A stretch of DNA of 64,000 nucleotides from a virus, in the IMG/VR virus record IMGVR_UViG_3300005530_000004, positions 10,873 to 74,872 of that record; one strand, 5' to 3'. Position numbers and translations under genes: made by a program. Below are positions 47,584 to 58,421 of the stretch, one piece after another. The notes under the pieces are model-generated. The model made no database searches. It had not been told where the DNA came from and was given only the letters and a program-made list of their open reading frames with translations. Numbering within the stretch: position 1 is the first letter of the stretch; each line of letters opens with the position of its first letter.

Positions 47584-48432
47584 ATGCCGCGTCAAGTTGA
47601 GATTAATATTTTTAACATTGCAAGAACTGCTGTTGATGTTAAAGAAGTACAAAAGTGGATGGATTTTCTTGGTGCAAATGAATTCTTTGAGGAACAATTT
47701 AATAATAGCTCGGAGAAGCCTTGCAGCGACGGAGCACTTTTAGTTGCTATGGCTGCAAAACGGTGTTATAAATCTTTTCAAGTTGGGATGAATCCAAATA
47801 TTACGAAAGTTCGCAAAGATTTATGTGAATATTTGGATAATATTCTTGCAAGTGGGCACGGTAGTGTATTAGAGCATGCGGTCTATTCTTTTGCAATTGA
47901 AAATATTAGTAGAGTATTCACAGGAGAAATGAATAGACATAGAGCTGGTTGGTCAATAAGTGAAGGTTCAATGCGATATATTAGATATGATGAAATCCCT
48001 TATTGGTTGCCAACTAGTTTGCGACTCGATTTAGCAAATGATAATGTAGAGTTAGCTTATAAGAAAGGTGCATCTGTAAAGATATTTGATGATATCTTTA
48101 CAAAAATCGAAGATGCTTACAAAAAATTAATGAAGATATGGGAAATGGATGAATCAGATAAGAATTTTAGTTATAAAAAGAAAATGACTAGCTGTTTAAG
48201 AAGAATTATTCCTATGGGAATTGCAACTGGTGGTGTTTGGACTGGAAATCTTAGAGCGTTGCGTCATGTTATTGCTTTGAGAACAGAACCAGCAGCCGAA
48301 GAAGAAATTTTTTATGTTTTCAGTCGAATTGCAGGGATTATGATTGAAAAGGAGAATTTTGTATTTAAAGATTTTGAGAAAAGAGACGCTGGACATAGCG
48401 GCGGATTCGTTCCGAAGTATCCGAAGGTGTAG
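47584..48432 (+). CDS. thyX: flavin-dependent thymidylate synthase
   Basis: GHGSVLEH, ISRVFTGEMNRHR..SEGSMRY, TGNLRALRH..R..AEEEI. Confidence 0.93.
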   Translation: MPRQVEINIFNIARTAVDVKEVQKWMDFLGANEFFEEQFNNSSEKPCSDGALLVAMAAKRCYKSFQVGMNPNITKVRKDLCEYLDNILASGHGSVLEHAVYSFAIENISRVFTGEMNRHRAGWSISEGSMRYIRYDEIPYWLPTSLRLDLANDNVELAYKKGASVKIFDDIFTKIEDAYKKLMKIWEMDESDKNFSYKKKMTSCLRRIIPMGIATGGVWTGNLRALRHVIALRTEPAAEEEIFYVFSRIAGIMIEKENFVFKDFEKRDAGHSGGFVPKYPKV

Positions 48433-48489
48433 TTAAGATTTAACTGTTTAACTGTTTAACTGTTTAACCACTTTGTAAGGAGATTTGAC

Positions 48490-49203
48490 ATGTTGTATTT
48501 TAAGAAAAATAACGATCTTAGAGTTGTTTTTTCTGATAAGCATTATCGAGGAGAAGCAATTGAAGCTCTGCAAGCTATGTGCAATACCTTACGATCAAAG
48601 TTGGGTACTAGGACTAATTATCCTGTTGTAGATAGCTGTGCAACAGAAATACCCATTATTTTAATTAGAGAGGATGATTTTGAAACTCGAATTCTACTAT
48701 TTGAATTAGGTGTTAGGGTAGATCAAGATGGTAGTAAATATTCTGCGGCACTACTTGAACAAGGGATTAATAAACCTGTAGATAAATCACACCATAATTC
48801 GCTTGCGCAATATGTAAAAGATGCTTGCAGAACTGAGTGTGAATATACCGATGGATTAAAGTCGCGAGTTATAGCAAAAATTGATTTACTTCATGGTGCA
48901 ATTGGACTTTGTACGGAGGTGGGTGAACTGCAAGACCAAGTTAAACGACATATGTTTTATGGTAAACCATTAGATGTTGTAAACATTGAAGAAGAACTTG
49001 GCGATATAATGTGGTTTTGTGCCATAATCTGCAAGTCGCTTGATTTGAGCTTAGATGTAATACTTCAGAAGAATATTGCTAAGCTAAGGGCTAGATATCC
49101 AGAGAAGTTTACGGAAGAAAAAGCAGATATGGCAAACCGTAATTTGAAAGAAGAGAGAAAGGTGCTGGAGAGAGAAAGGTGCTGGAAGACAGGAAGCATG
49201 TAA
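48490..49203 (+). CDS. MazG-like NTP pyrophosphohydrolase with N-terminal extension
   Basis: GLCTEVGELQD, EEELGDIMWF, NIAKLRARYP. Confidence 0.85.
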   Translation: MLYFKKNNDLRVVFSDKHYRGEAIEALQAMCNTLRSKLGTRTNYPVVDSCATEIPIILIREDDFETRILLFELGVRVDQDGSKYSAALLEQGINKPVDKSHHNSLAQYVKDACRTECEYTDGLKSRVIAKIDLLHGAIGLCTEVGELQDQVKRHMFYGKPLDVVNIEEELGDIMWFCAIICKSLDLSLDVILQKNIAKLRARYPEKFTEEKADMANRNLKEERKVLERERCWKTGSM

Positions 49204-49345
49204 AGATTCTTTAATTAAATCAATCAAGAAACAAATTAATAGCCAGGATATACCCATTGAAAGATCTGAATATGAATTGATGGTTCAAGAATTAGAAGGT
49301 GGCGTTTATGATAAAGAATTGCCGCTTGGTTAGGATTGATGTAGC

Positions 49346-49660
49346 ATGAAGAAAAGTAACACAAAAGATTACAAAAGTTATTTGTCTGATGAGGATTTGG
49401 ATAAACTAGACTTAGGGAATTCAAATGAAGATTTATGTAGATTTAAAGAAGAATATCGCACACTTCGCAAAAACTTTATTAAGATTATCGGTAAGCTGCA
49501 AGGCCGTGTAGAGTTGGAGCGAGCAAAAGATATTGTTATGGACCATTTTAAATGTACTGCTGATGGAGCAATGAAACATTTATCTAAAGTTGCCAGTAGT
49601 AAAAATATAACAATCGAAGAAGTTGCTAAAATGATTGTTACATCGCTCTGCAAGGATTGA
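49346..49660 (+). CDS. ANTAR-domain RNA-binding protein
   Basis: LQGRVELERAKDIVM..CTADGAMKHLSKVASSKNITIEEVAKMIV fits the ANTAR pattern; preceded by a coiled coil. Confidence 0.75.
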   Translation: MKKSNTKDYKSYLSDEDLDKLDLGNSNEDLCRFKEEYRTLRKNFIKIIGKLQGRVELERAKDIVMDHFKCTADGAMKHLSKVASSKNITIEEVAKMIVTSLCKD

Positions 49661-49670
49661 AGGATTAATT

Positions 49671-49886
49671 ATGAATATTGATGTACATGACTTAGGTAAT
49701 AGTATTAGAGGGTTTTTGATAGGTAAGTATGGAGATAAATTTGAAAGGTCTGAAACTGCTGGTAAACAAAATATTCTCTGTGCGAGCAATTATACACCGA
49801 AAAAATGTTCACACTGTTATGAAGTGCTTAAATCTACATTAAGTGTATTACTAGAAGATCTTGAAGAAGCTGTGCAGCATAATTGA
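49671..49886 (+). CDS. hypothetical protein
   Basis: AAGGA RBS; CxxC. Confidence 0.5.
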   Translation: MNIDVHDLGNSIRGFLIGKYGDKFERSETAGKQNILCASNYTPKKCSHCYEVLKSTLSVLLEDLEEAVQHN

Positions 49887-49889
49887 AGA

Positions 49890-50606
49890 GTGGAGGAACA
49901 ACTAGATATGAAAAGCGGACAATTTAAAGATTTAACTGGTAATAGATACGGATATTTAAAAGTAATAAGTTATCATGGAAGAATTAATAAACAAACATAC
50001 TGGAACTGCAAGTGCCTTCTGTGTGGTAATATAAATAAATATACCATTGCTAATTTAACCAGAGTTGATAGGAAGGCAATTAAATGCCTTCCTTGCTCCA
50101 GAAAATTACGCAGGAAGTACGATGATATAATTAAAAGTGGTGAAGGAAGTAAAAGTAAAATATACGCAACATGGAGACATTATAGATCTAAGGGTATATT
50201 ATGCAAAGAGTGGTCTGAGTCGTCTGAATCTTTTAAAGAGTTTTATAGAGTTGTTGGAGATCCGCCGAAATACAAGGCTAATAGTAATGTTAAGGTTAAA
50301 AGATGGTATCTAATACGACTAGATAGAGATAGGTTGATGGGATCAGATAATTTTTGTTGGACACATATTCCTGCGGCTGCGTTAAGACTTAAAGAAAACT
50401 GTAGGCGAGAGTTCTTTCATGGCGAGCTATTAACTATATCTGAAATTGCAAAGAAACTTGGTGTATCAAAACAAGCACTGTATTTGAGATTGTCGAGATT
50501 GCCGAGATTGCAGACAGGTAAATCAGATAAATCAGATAAATCAGATAAATCAGTGCAGGAGATTATTAAGTATTATGAGCAGAAAAAACAGCAGAAGCAG
50601 CAGTAA
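49890..50606 (+). CDS. homing-endonuclease-related DNA-binding protein (degenerate HNH, C-terminal HTH)
   Basis: FKDLTGNRYGYLKVI..WNCKC..CGN; LCKEW..F..F; DNFCW; TISEIAKKLGVSKQALYLRL. Confidence 0.6.
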   Translation: MEEQLDMKSGQFKDLTGNRYGYLKVISYHGRINKQTYWNCKCLLCGNINKYTIANLTRVDRKAIKCLPCSRKLRRKYDDIIKSGEGSKSKIYATWRHYRSKGILCKEWSESSESFKEFYRVVGDPPKYKANSNVKVKRWYLIRLDRDRLMGSDNFCWTHIPAAALRLKENCRREFFHGELLTISEIAKKLGVSKQALYLRLSRLPRLQTGKSDKSDKSDKSVQEIIKYYEQKKQQKQQ

Positions 50607-50856
50607 AAACAAACTACCACGCGGCAATTGGTCAAAAGATCTTTGGTATTCATATCAAAGCAAGAAAGATGACTTGATTGATATGATATTCACTAAAGCG
50701 GATAATTTAAGCATTTCAAATTATGAACTTGCAAGGATTTCTGGATTGTCTTATAGTACAATACAGAAATTGGAGGATTACACTACACAACAACCATTCG
50801 ATACAACTCTTTTTAAATTGTGCAACGCATTAGATATTGAGGTTAAGTATATATGA
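50575..50856 (+). CDS. XRE-family HTH regulator
   Basis: ELARISGLSYSTIQKLE..P..TLFKLCNALD. Confidence 0.8.
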   Translation: MSRKNSRSSSKNKLPRGNWSKDLWYSYQSKKDDLIDMIFTKADNLSISNYELARISGLSYSTIQKLEDYTTQQPFDTTLFKLCNALDIEVKYI

Positions 50857-52244
50857 GCAGTAATCTACATCCAGACTTTATTAATCATGGTCCAGATGGA
50901 TATGTAACTACGCACGAATTCCATTACACACCATTAAAATTTCCTGAAATCTCTTTAAATAAAATGGGTGCTATGACATATATTTGTCATGGTATGCCAC
51001 CAGTATATTTAAAAAGTCCTGCTTATAGGCTGCAAGCTTTAAGAAGCTTGTGGATGGGAAAAGCTGGTGCATTAGCATTAGTTGTTGGAGAAGTGTGGAG
51101 AAAGGTGGAGAAAGGTGAAGTGACTGATCTATTATGGACATTCAGTAACGACTGTGTAATTAATTGGACAAAACCTGGAGCAGTTAAAATTGATCGGAGA
51201 CACTTTATTAAATTTCAAGTTATGACTGCACCAGAAGTATTCGCTGGGAGTACAAAAATAGAATTGGACGGAGAAGTTGCTTTAGCATATATTGTAGACA
51301 ATACTAGGGGTACTGTTAGTAGGTAAGGATAGAAGGTTATGGACACTGAAATATTAAAAAGATTGTACATTGTTGAAGATCAAAGTAAATTCTATGAATA
51401 TGGATTTTTTGCACCGGAATGTATTCCAGTTGAGGGCATATTAATATCTAGTGCTTTGACAAGAGAACAAGCTATTGAAGATTTACGTGAATTTACTTAC
51501 CATGTATTAAACTATTCACTAGATGGAGCATCAAGATTAAAGAAATATTTTAGTGTTGATAGAAATGTTTATTTACTATGTAAAGAGTATCAAATTAGAG
51601 GTAAGAATATTCCTGTTCTAAGCGATATGGAGGAATTTAAAAAGATAGTTGATAGACAGAAATTTGATGCCGGTGATGGTGAGAAACAAAATATTAAAAA
51701 TCTTAAGGATCTTATTTATAGGTTGAGATTTGTATTAGGTTTAACAAATACATTTGATACAGATATAATTGGTATAATTGATAGAAATATAACGGAGATT
51801 TGTGAGGTAACTGAAAAAGAGCTAAATAAATTGCTAGAAGAACAGAAAAGACAAATGTTATTCACTAGTGGAATATTTAGTAAAGGATAAAGGATAAAGA
51901 ATATGGCATGTCCAACGTGCGATCATACGATGCAGAATTTGGGTGTTGATAGTGGTGTTGATAAACATAAAAAAATATTCTGGTGCCCAAGATGTGGTAC
52001 AATTAAAGAGGTGGTGAAAGATCACGAACAAATTGAACAAACTATATGGTCAAGATTAATTATTAATGAAGTGAAATTTCAACCATTAGTTGAATGTGAA
52101 GAACCTCTTATCTGTAAAATATCTACGAGATTTATTGCTTATTTAAGTTATAATTCTGCCGGTAATAATACTGGTAATAAAAGTAATGTAAAATTAATGC
52201 TAGGTAATATAAAATTAGCATTAGAAGAAGTTAATAAAGAATGA
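50853..52244 (+). other. three hypothetical CDSs (50853-51326, 51339-51890, 51903-52244; last has a Zn ribbon CPTC..CPRC)
   Basis: RBS and packing. Confidence 0.55.
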
Positions 52245-52297
52245 TTTAGCATATTATTAGTGTGATTTTGCCGGTTTTGCCCAGTCTCGGCCACCCG

Positions 52298-52345
52298 ATC
52301 TCGCCGCAAGTGTCTGCCAGCACAGCACTTGCGGCGAGATTTTTT
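52298..52345 (+). terminator. Rho-independent terminator
   Basis: ATCTCGCCGCAAGTG-N13-CACTTGCGGCGAGAT-TTTTT. Confidence 0.75.
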
Positions 52346-52516
52346 CGCTCACCCCTCGCTAGGCTGCAAGCTACTCTACGTACCTACGAGTTCTCTTTCT
52401 CTTGTTTTCCTCTCTTAGTAAGAGTAGTAGTAGTAAGTAAGTAATAATGTAAGTAAGTTAGTTGGAAAATTACTAGGTAGGTAGGTTACTTACCTGATCG
52501 CTCCCATATAAAGAGC

Positions 52517-52546
52517 TTGACAAGTGCTTGGCCGGTCTGCTATGCT
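52517..52546 (+). promoter_or_regulatory. sigma70-like promoter with extended -10
   Basis: TTGACA-N18-TATGCT with TG one base upstream of the -10. Confidence 0.6.
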
Positions 52547-52652
52547 GGCCTAGGGTGGGCCGAGCGGGTCTAATAGGTAGACTAATGCTCAGTGTACGGG
52601 TGTACAGCCACATAATTTAATATAATTTTATTTTAATAGATTATAAATTATA

Positions 52653-53189
52653 ATGAACAAAGTAGAGGAATTATATTGCCAATTAAATATTATTCTTTCT
52701 GAATTAAAGAGAGAAGCTTCAAAACTACCTTTCATTGAGTCTGAATTATTTTTAAGTAATTTAAGACTTTATATTTATAATTTAGGTGGTTTTATTTTAC
52801 ACAAAGATGAAGTGTTTATAAAAGTATTGGATTATAAAGAGAAATTTGAATTTGATGAATATCTTATATCTAATTATGGCAAGATATTTGATACTAGGGA
52901 GGGTGTATTATTAAATCTTACAGTTCCAGAGGAACGAAAATATACACTTATAAATTTAAGATATAAGGATAATAAAAAATATAAATTTGCATTAAGGAAA
53001 GTTCATCAATTGGTAGCTTTTAGCTTCATGGATAAATTTGAAGAAATACCTCTTGTAAGACATTTGCATAGTTTAGACGGTGTCAGAGAAAGAAGAAAGA
53101 AGAGAAAAGTAGAGATAAATGAGTTTTGTGAGATTCATTCAGAGGAGAGGTTTATTAAGGATAAGATAAATGAAAAAAGAAAAAATTAA
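52653..53189 (+). CDS. degenerate NUMOD4/HNH-like protein
   Basis: YLISNYGKI, KVHQLVAFSF, VRHL, but no N..NL.W. Confidence 0.55.
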   Translation: MNKVEELYCQLNIILSELKREASKLPFIESELFLSNLRLYIYNLGGFILHKDEVFIKVLDYKEKFEFDEYLISNYGKIFDTREGVLLNLTVPEERKYTLINLRYKDNKKYKFALRKVHQLVAFSFMDKFEEIPLVRHLHSLDGVRERRKKRKVEINEFCEIHSEERFIKDKINEKRKN

Positions 53190-54426
53190 TTGGAGGGAAA
53201 TTTTTGATGGGCGAGAACATTTATTAATAGAAGGTGTTCATTATACAAGAACATTTTCGTTTAGTAAATATATTTATCAAAAGGCTAGAGAGTATAATAT
53301 AAAAGTTAGACAGAAGGTGGCAGTAGATAATAGATCTATATTAGTACAATTAAGGCAAAATGAGCTTGCAGAGATAAAGACTGGTGCTAATAAAATAGTG
53401 AATGCAGAAGTAGTTGCACCATCATTTGTAAATTCTTACGACAAGTATCCATTTGATGAATGGTTTGGCAAGCTAGTTTGTGGTGGACAAAAAGAAGTTG
53501 AAGTAAATAAACTTGATGAATTTGGAAACCCAATTCCTATAATGAGAGAATTTGAAGGTGGGTTCAAAGCTCCAACAGGAAAATATGAAACAGAAAAGAA
53601 GATAGTAAGATTTGAACCTAAATATGTTCTTGAATTAAAATATCCACAGGATTTTACTTGCACTCCAAGGAAGATGGCGGCAATATTTTGTGAGGCTGCT
53701 AAAGCTACAAATTTAGAAGTCTTAGATGTAAATAAAATACATTTTGATTATAGAAAGAAGGATAGGTTAATTATACGAGCTGGACATATTGCAGAAGCAT
53801 ATTTTTCAAGAGAGGAAACACCAGATCAATATAATCTTTGGATAAACTTTAATAAAAACGAAAGAATACCATTACCTAGGTCAAAAGCCGAAGAATGGAT
53901 GGATAAACTATTACATGATGGACAATTGTTACTATATAAAGGTAGAGATTATAGTGGCGATGGATATGATCTTGCAGTATTACTGCGATCTAATTTTCCT
54001 GACATAGATTTTTATCCAAAAGAAGAAGTTGATAATAAAGGAAAAGATGGTACTGGTTGGACAACATTGTTATTAACAGTTAGATTACCGATGTTGGCTA
54101 GAATGCCAAAGGATATGACGCTTAAACAATGGGAAGAAGCCCCAGAAGGTAAAAGATTAGAACAAGAAAGAGATTCATTAAGGTTGGAGTTTAAAAATAA
54201 GAACTTACTTGAAAATATAGGTTATGCTAGACTAGACTATGTTAAACAAATGGAGATGTTTACACATGATTTAAATAGCACTAAAGATGATATTGTTAAA
54301 AATATAATTAAGAAGAAAATACAATCTCTTAGGCAAGACTTTGTTGGGTTGATAGGTGAAGAAGAAGTTAAACAACTTGAACAGTCAGCAGATCAAAAAA
54401 GGATAGGGAGCGATAGTGATGAATAA
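53170..54426 (+). CDS. hypothetical protein with repeated L.(Y/E)(G/P).(H/D)(Y/F) modules
   Basis: LIEGVHY, LKYPQDF, LYKGRDY. Confidence 0.55.
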   Translation: MKKEKINWREIFDGREHLLIEGVHYTRTFSFSKYIYQKAREYNIKVRQKVAVDNRSILVQLRQNELAEIKTGANKIVNAEVVAPSFVNSYDKYPFDEWFGKLVCGGQKEVEVNKLDEFGNPIPIMREFEGGFKAPTGKYETEKKIVRFEPKYVLELKYPQDFTCTPRKMAAIFCEAAKATNLEVLDVNKIHFDYRKKDRLIIRAGHIAEAYFSREETPDQYNLWINFNKNERIPLPRSKAEEWMDKLLHDGQLLLYKGRDYSGDGYDLAVLLRSNFPDIDFYPKEEVDNKGKDGTGWTTLLLTVRLPMLARMPKDMTLKQWEEAPEGKRLEQERDSLRLEFKNKNLLENIGYARLDYVKQMEMFTHDLNSTKDDIVKNIIKKKIQSLRQDFVGLIGEEEVKQLEQSADQKRIGSDSDE

Positions 54427-55462
54427 CTGGTTTAAAGAAGAAAAGTGTGCAGATATAGTTGAAAGTGAAGTTGAAAAGAATGTGTGTAAAAAATATAATA
54501 TTAATTTGAATGAAATTATAAAAAGAGAGCATGAGTATTGGAAGAACAGATGTGTTTTGCAAGAAAGGGGTAGGATACTTGAGAAGTTAAATGCTGCACA
54601 TGGAGATGGTAGATATAATGATGAAATAGATGAGTGTATTGATGAAATAATGGCTTTAGATAAAGTTGAAGGAAAATATAGTGAAGACAATATTAAGCTA
54701 ATAGGCAGCAACACAATTCAATGTTCTCGTCTAGCACGTAGGAGAACTGGTCAAACAAGTATAATGTTTGAAAATCCAGATGGAACATTGTGTTGGATGA
54801 GCTATTCGGAAAGTAAAGCCAGTAAGGAAGAGAAGATTGATTATTACAGTAAGGAATACTTAGCTAAATCTGATGAAATACATAAAGATAGAATTGAAGC
54901 AGCTAAGAAGAAGCAAGAAATGGAAGTTAAGAAGCCTTATGCTGAAAGATTAGAAGATCATGCAAATATTCTTGATAAGGCAAATAGAAGACTAGAAGAT
55001 TCAGAAGAAATAAGTAATTTATTAGATTATTGGAAGATATGTAAGCTTAGTCAGTTGTTTGCAGGAGTAGAAGGAGATACTATAACATGTTTCAAAGCAG
55101 ATCTAAATAAGATAAAGAAGGCAGGTGTGGATAAGGTAAAAGTTGATACAAATGCTGATACAATACTTGTTCCAGATGAATTACAAAGAGTGATGGAAGA
55201 AGTAAATAAATTAAGAAATGATAAACCAAAAGCAAAATATGAAGATGAAGTAAAAGCAAAAAGAGCTAATAATATATGTTCTTGTGGTCGTGGACCAATA
55301 GGATATATTATTCAAAATACTAAACGTGTTTGTTTGAATTGTGCTAAGGAAAGTAAAATTAAAATGAGTTTCAAATGTGCTAAAGGTCCACACATAGTTG
55401 ATAATGCAAAGTATGCAATTATTGGTGATGATAATGAAGTATACTGTGAGGAACATGTATAA
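54416..55462 (+). CDS. hypothetical protein with C-terminal Cys/His clusters
   Basis: CSCG..CLNC, C..H..YCEEH. Confidence 0.55.
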   Translation: MMNNWFKEEKCADIVESEVEKNVCKKYNINLNEIIKREHEYWKNRCVLQERGRILEKLNAAHGDGRYNDEIDECIDEIMALDKVEGKYSEDNIKLIGSNTIQCSRLARRRTGQTSIMFENPDGTLCWMSYSESKASKEEKIDYYSKEYLAKSDEIHKDRIEAAKKKQEMEVKKPYAERLEDHANILDKANRRLEDSEEISNLLDYWKICKLSQLFAGVEGDTITCFKADLNKIKKAGVDKVKVDTNADTILVPDELQRVMEEVNKLRNDKPKAKYEDEVKAKRANNICSCGRGPIGYIIQNTKRVCLNCAKESKIKMSFKCAKGPHIVDNAKYAIIGDDNEVYCEEHV

Positions 55463-56067
55463 TGAAGAGTAGTGATTTTTATTTCTATAGGCATAAAACT
55501 GATAAACATATTGTTGTTGCTCAGTTATGTAGTAACGCTGAAGAATACAGAGTATATGATAAAAATGTATTTTATATGCAGCTTTATGCGGTAAAATCAT
55601 TTATTGACGCATATGAACAAATTGATGGGACACCAGTATATTTTACTTGTAATAAAGATTTTTGGGGTCAAATTGAATTGAAGGCGAAAAGTATGGAGAA
55701 TAAGATGGTAGAGATGATTGAGCACGAAACAGGTGCTAAAAGAAGCTCTGATGCAGATAATGTTCGTTATGATTTAATTACACCAGTTGGATTGCGGCGT
55801 CTTGCAGAAACATATGCTGAGGGGGCAGAAAAGTATGGTACAGATAATTGGAAGAAAGGATTTAAGATAAGTGGTTTAATTAATCATGCAATGAGGCATA
55901 TTGAATTGTATAAAGATAATGATAAATCAGAAGATCATTTGGCCCATGCAGTTTGGAATCTTATGACTGCAATGCACTTTGAAGAAAGAATGAAGAGTAT
56001 GCAGGATGTTCAGGATGTTCAGGATGTTCAGGATGTGCAAAATGACAGTACAAATGACAAAACTTGA
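55462..56067 (+). CDS. dATP/dGTP diphosphohydrolase-like (DUF5664) protein
   Basis: RYDLI, GAEKYG.DNWKKG, HAMRHI, EDHLAHAVWNL. Confidence 0.85.
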   Translation: MKSSDFYFYRHKTDKHIVVAQLCSNAEEYRVYDKNVFYMQLYAVKSFIDAYEQIDGTPVYFTCNKDFWGQIELKAKSMENKMVEMIEHETGAKRSSDADNVRYDLITPVGLRRLAETYAEGAEKYGTDNWKKGFKISGLINHAMRHIELYKDNDKSEDHLAHAVWNLMTAMHFEERMKSMQDVQDVQDVQDVQNDSTNDKT

Positions 56068-56748
56068 ATATGAACAAATGCTATTTAATGCAGTTCAATC
56101 ATGGCTTATAGATCAAAATCAAGGAGATGGTATAGAAGATCATCATGCAGTATTTGATGTTAAGAATATGCTAGGTGAATTTTGTTCAAATGAATATGCA
56201 AAAGAATTGGTTGCTGTTATTGCAAGCAGAACGAAAGGCTTGATTGTTGATACAGGGATGAAACTAGGGTAAATTATTGTGTTTAAGTAACGTAGTAATG
56301 TAGTAACGTAGTAATGTAGTAACGTAGTAAAGGAGAAATGAAGATGAAGATGAAGATGAAAACAGTGGAGATTGAATGGTACATGCAATATATTTTAATC
56401 CTAATTGTAATGGTAGCTACAATGGGATTTGTGTATGCAGTAAGTGGGGCAGAAGACAGGGCAGAAGACAATACTGACAATACTGAGCTTATCGACATTA
56501 CATCAATAAGATATATAGGGTTCTGTAATATAAGAAAATCAGGAACTTATACATCTTTGTTCTTAGATAAACCACAAGCAACTCAACTGGTAAAAATATT
56601 ACAAGAATTGATTAAGAATAAAAACTATAAGCATATTAATTTATCTTCTAAGTTCGAGTTACGTGATATAGATGAAGATGAAGCAGTTTATTTAGCTAAA
56701 CATTTAGACATTAAAGTTGAAAAGGAGTTGAAGAAAAGTAAAAGATAG
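56054..56748 (+). other. two hypothetical CDSs (56054-56272; 56338-56748 with N-terminal TM)
   Basis: RBS, TM segment. Confidence 0.5.
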
Positions 56749-56841
56749 ATGTGTTGAATGTGTTGAATGTGGCAGACTGTGGTGGCAGATATAATTCTGT
56801 ATTAATTTGCAATGGATTGCTGAAACGAACCTTTGTGAGAA

Positions 56842-57603
56842 ATGTTGAATTATGTAAATGAAGTAAAAACAAACGAATCTGCTGAATTTGTTGAATTTGT
56901 TGAAGAGTCTGAGCCTGATTGTGATGCTCTCGATATTATTTCCAGCGTAATTAATACGCCGGTGGAAATAAAACGAGAGCATTATGACCAGGCTCTTTCT
57001 TTTTACTTTGACGACCACCCTATATGCAGAAAGAAAAGTGAAAATGGCAGAATGGTAGATAAAATATTACGAAAGTATGGATATAGAACTGATTCATTAG
57101 AGTTTCAAGAAATGTGGAATGATAATATATTAAGAGATACATCGAGATATTTTGCTAGATATGTAGGTAGAACGCTCGAAGATATGGAAAGATACATTTT
57201 ATTTAGTATTAAAAGGCAGATTTTGAAGAAAACGATTAGAAAGAGACGGTTTAATCAACGTTTTGAAAATTTAAATGGTTTTTTAGAGAAAATCGAGGAA
57301 AATTGCCCTTCCCTAGAGGGGGAGCCTAACATGACCCCCAATGGAGGGGATTGCCCCAACGGAGGAGTAGAAAAATTTATTTTTAATTATTTAGAGAAAA
57401 AAGTAAGCCCGATACATATTAAAATATACGAATTAAGTTATAAAAATGGCATGGCAGACAAAGAAATAATGCAGATTATAAAAATACCTCTGTATTCATT
57501 ACTGAATATGAGACGCGGAATCAGAAAAATACTTAGTGACAATAAGTTCGATATACTTACTGAGTTAAATATAACAGAAGATTATTTCAATAGACCAGAT
57601 TAA
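56842..57603 (+). CDS. phage sigma70/ECF-like factor
   Basis: Region-4-like IYELSYKNGMADKEIMQIIKIP..RRGIRKIL; region-2-like central helices. Confidence 0.5.
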   Translation: MLNYVNEVKTNESAEFVEFVEESEPDCDALDIISSVINTPVEIKREHYDQALSFYFDDHPICRKKSENGRMVDKILRKYGYRTDSLEFQEMWNDNILRDTSRYFARYVGRTLEDMERYILFSIKRQILKKTIRKRRFNQRFENLNGFLEKIEENCPSLEGEPNMTPNGGDCPNGGVEKFIFNYLEKKVSPIHIKIYELSYKNGMADKEIMQIIKIPLYSLLNMRRGIRKILSDNKFDILTELNITEDYFNRPD

Positions 57604-57635
57604 AATCAATAAAATGATACAAGATGTAACAAGAC

Positions 57636-58415
57636 GTGACAAGACTTCCTAGAAATAAAAGACTAAGCGAGCTTCAACAAAAGCTCGGTGCAAAAGACTA
57701 TAAGATACGAAATCATTATTACTGCGATGATATTTGCGAGCATCCAGTTGTTGAACATCTCATGCCTTTTTATAAACGAGTATTATGTGTAACATTGCAG
57801 AAAGCAGTAGAGGACAATTTATCTGCACCAGTTACAACACAATTATCATTGCTAGAAGAATTAGCAATTACTCGTGAAATCGCATGTGAACCACTTGCAG
57901 AGTATAGTGAGATAGTTAATAAGATCGAGAAGATTCAAATAACATTAGATGGACTAAATGGAAGTGAAGAAGAAGCAAGTAGCAGAGAAACATTACTTAA
58001 AGCACTTGATCTTAGTAAGCAATTAAAAGCTAACACTGGTGCTAAAGCAATAAAAGCTTTAGAAACGGTTAGAGATTTTTGTGAGAAGGCGGCAAGGATT
58101 GATGCTTTATGTAGGGATAAGTTTTCTATACATACATTGAATTCAGTTGTTGCACAGATAACAAATATAATTAGTAGGAAGCTCCACGATAACAACTTAG
58201 ACCATATTGCATTAGAAGTTAATGATGCAATTCAGAAAGATTTAGTAATTCCGCTTCCTGAAACTGCAAGCAGCGGAGATAATTCTGGTGGCAATGCTTC
58301 CGCCAGTGTTAGATTGACGCCAGATAAAGTCTTGCAGGATTTATTAGATATGGATGATATGGTTCCTAGCAACAGTAACACTGATGCTATATTAAATGAA
58401 ACTGATTCGGAATAA
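57636..58415 (+). CDS. possible terminase small subunit
   Basis: FYKRVL..SLLEELAITR helical pattern; late-region position. Confidence 0.3.
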   Translation: MTRLPRNKRLSELQQKLGAKDYKIRNHYYCDDICEHPVVEHLMPFYKRVLCVTLQKAVEDNLSAPVTTQLSLLEELAITREIACEPLAEYSEIVNKIEKIQITLDGLNGSEEEASSRETLLKALDLSKQLKANTGAKAIKALETVRDFCEKAARIDALCRDKFSIHTLNSVVAQITNIISRKLHDNNLDHIALEVNDAIQKDLVIPLPETASSGDNSGGNASASVRLTPDKVLQDLLDMDDMVPSNSNTDAILNETDSE

Positions 58416-58421
58416 TATAGA

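Noticed and set aside
55462-56067. 2-aminoadenine (Z) genome pathway
   Set aside because: DUF5664 and MazG-like genes are present but no PurZ is seen in the window; both are common in ordinary phages
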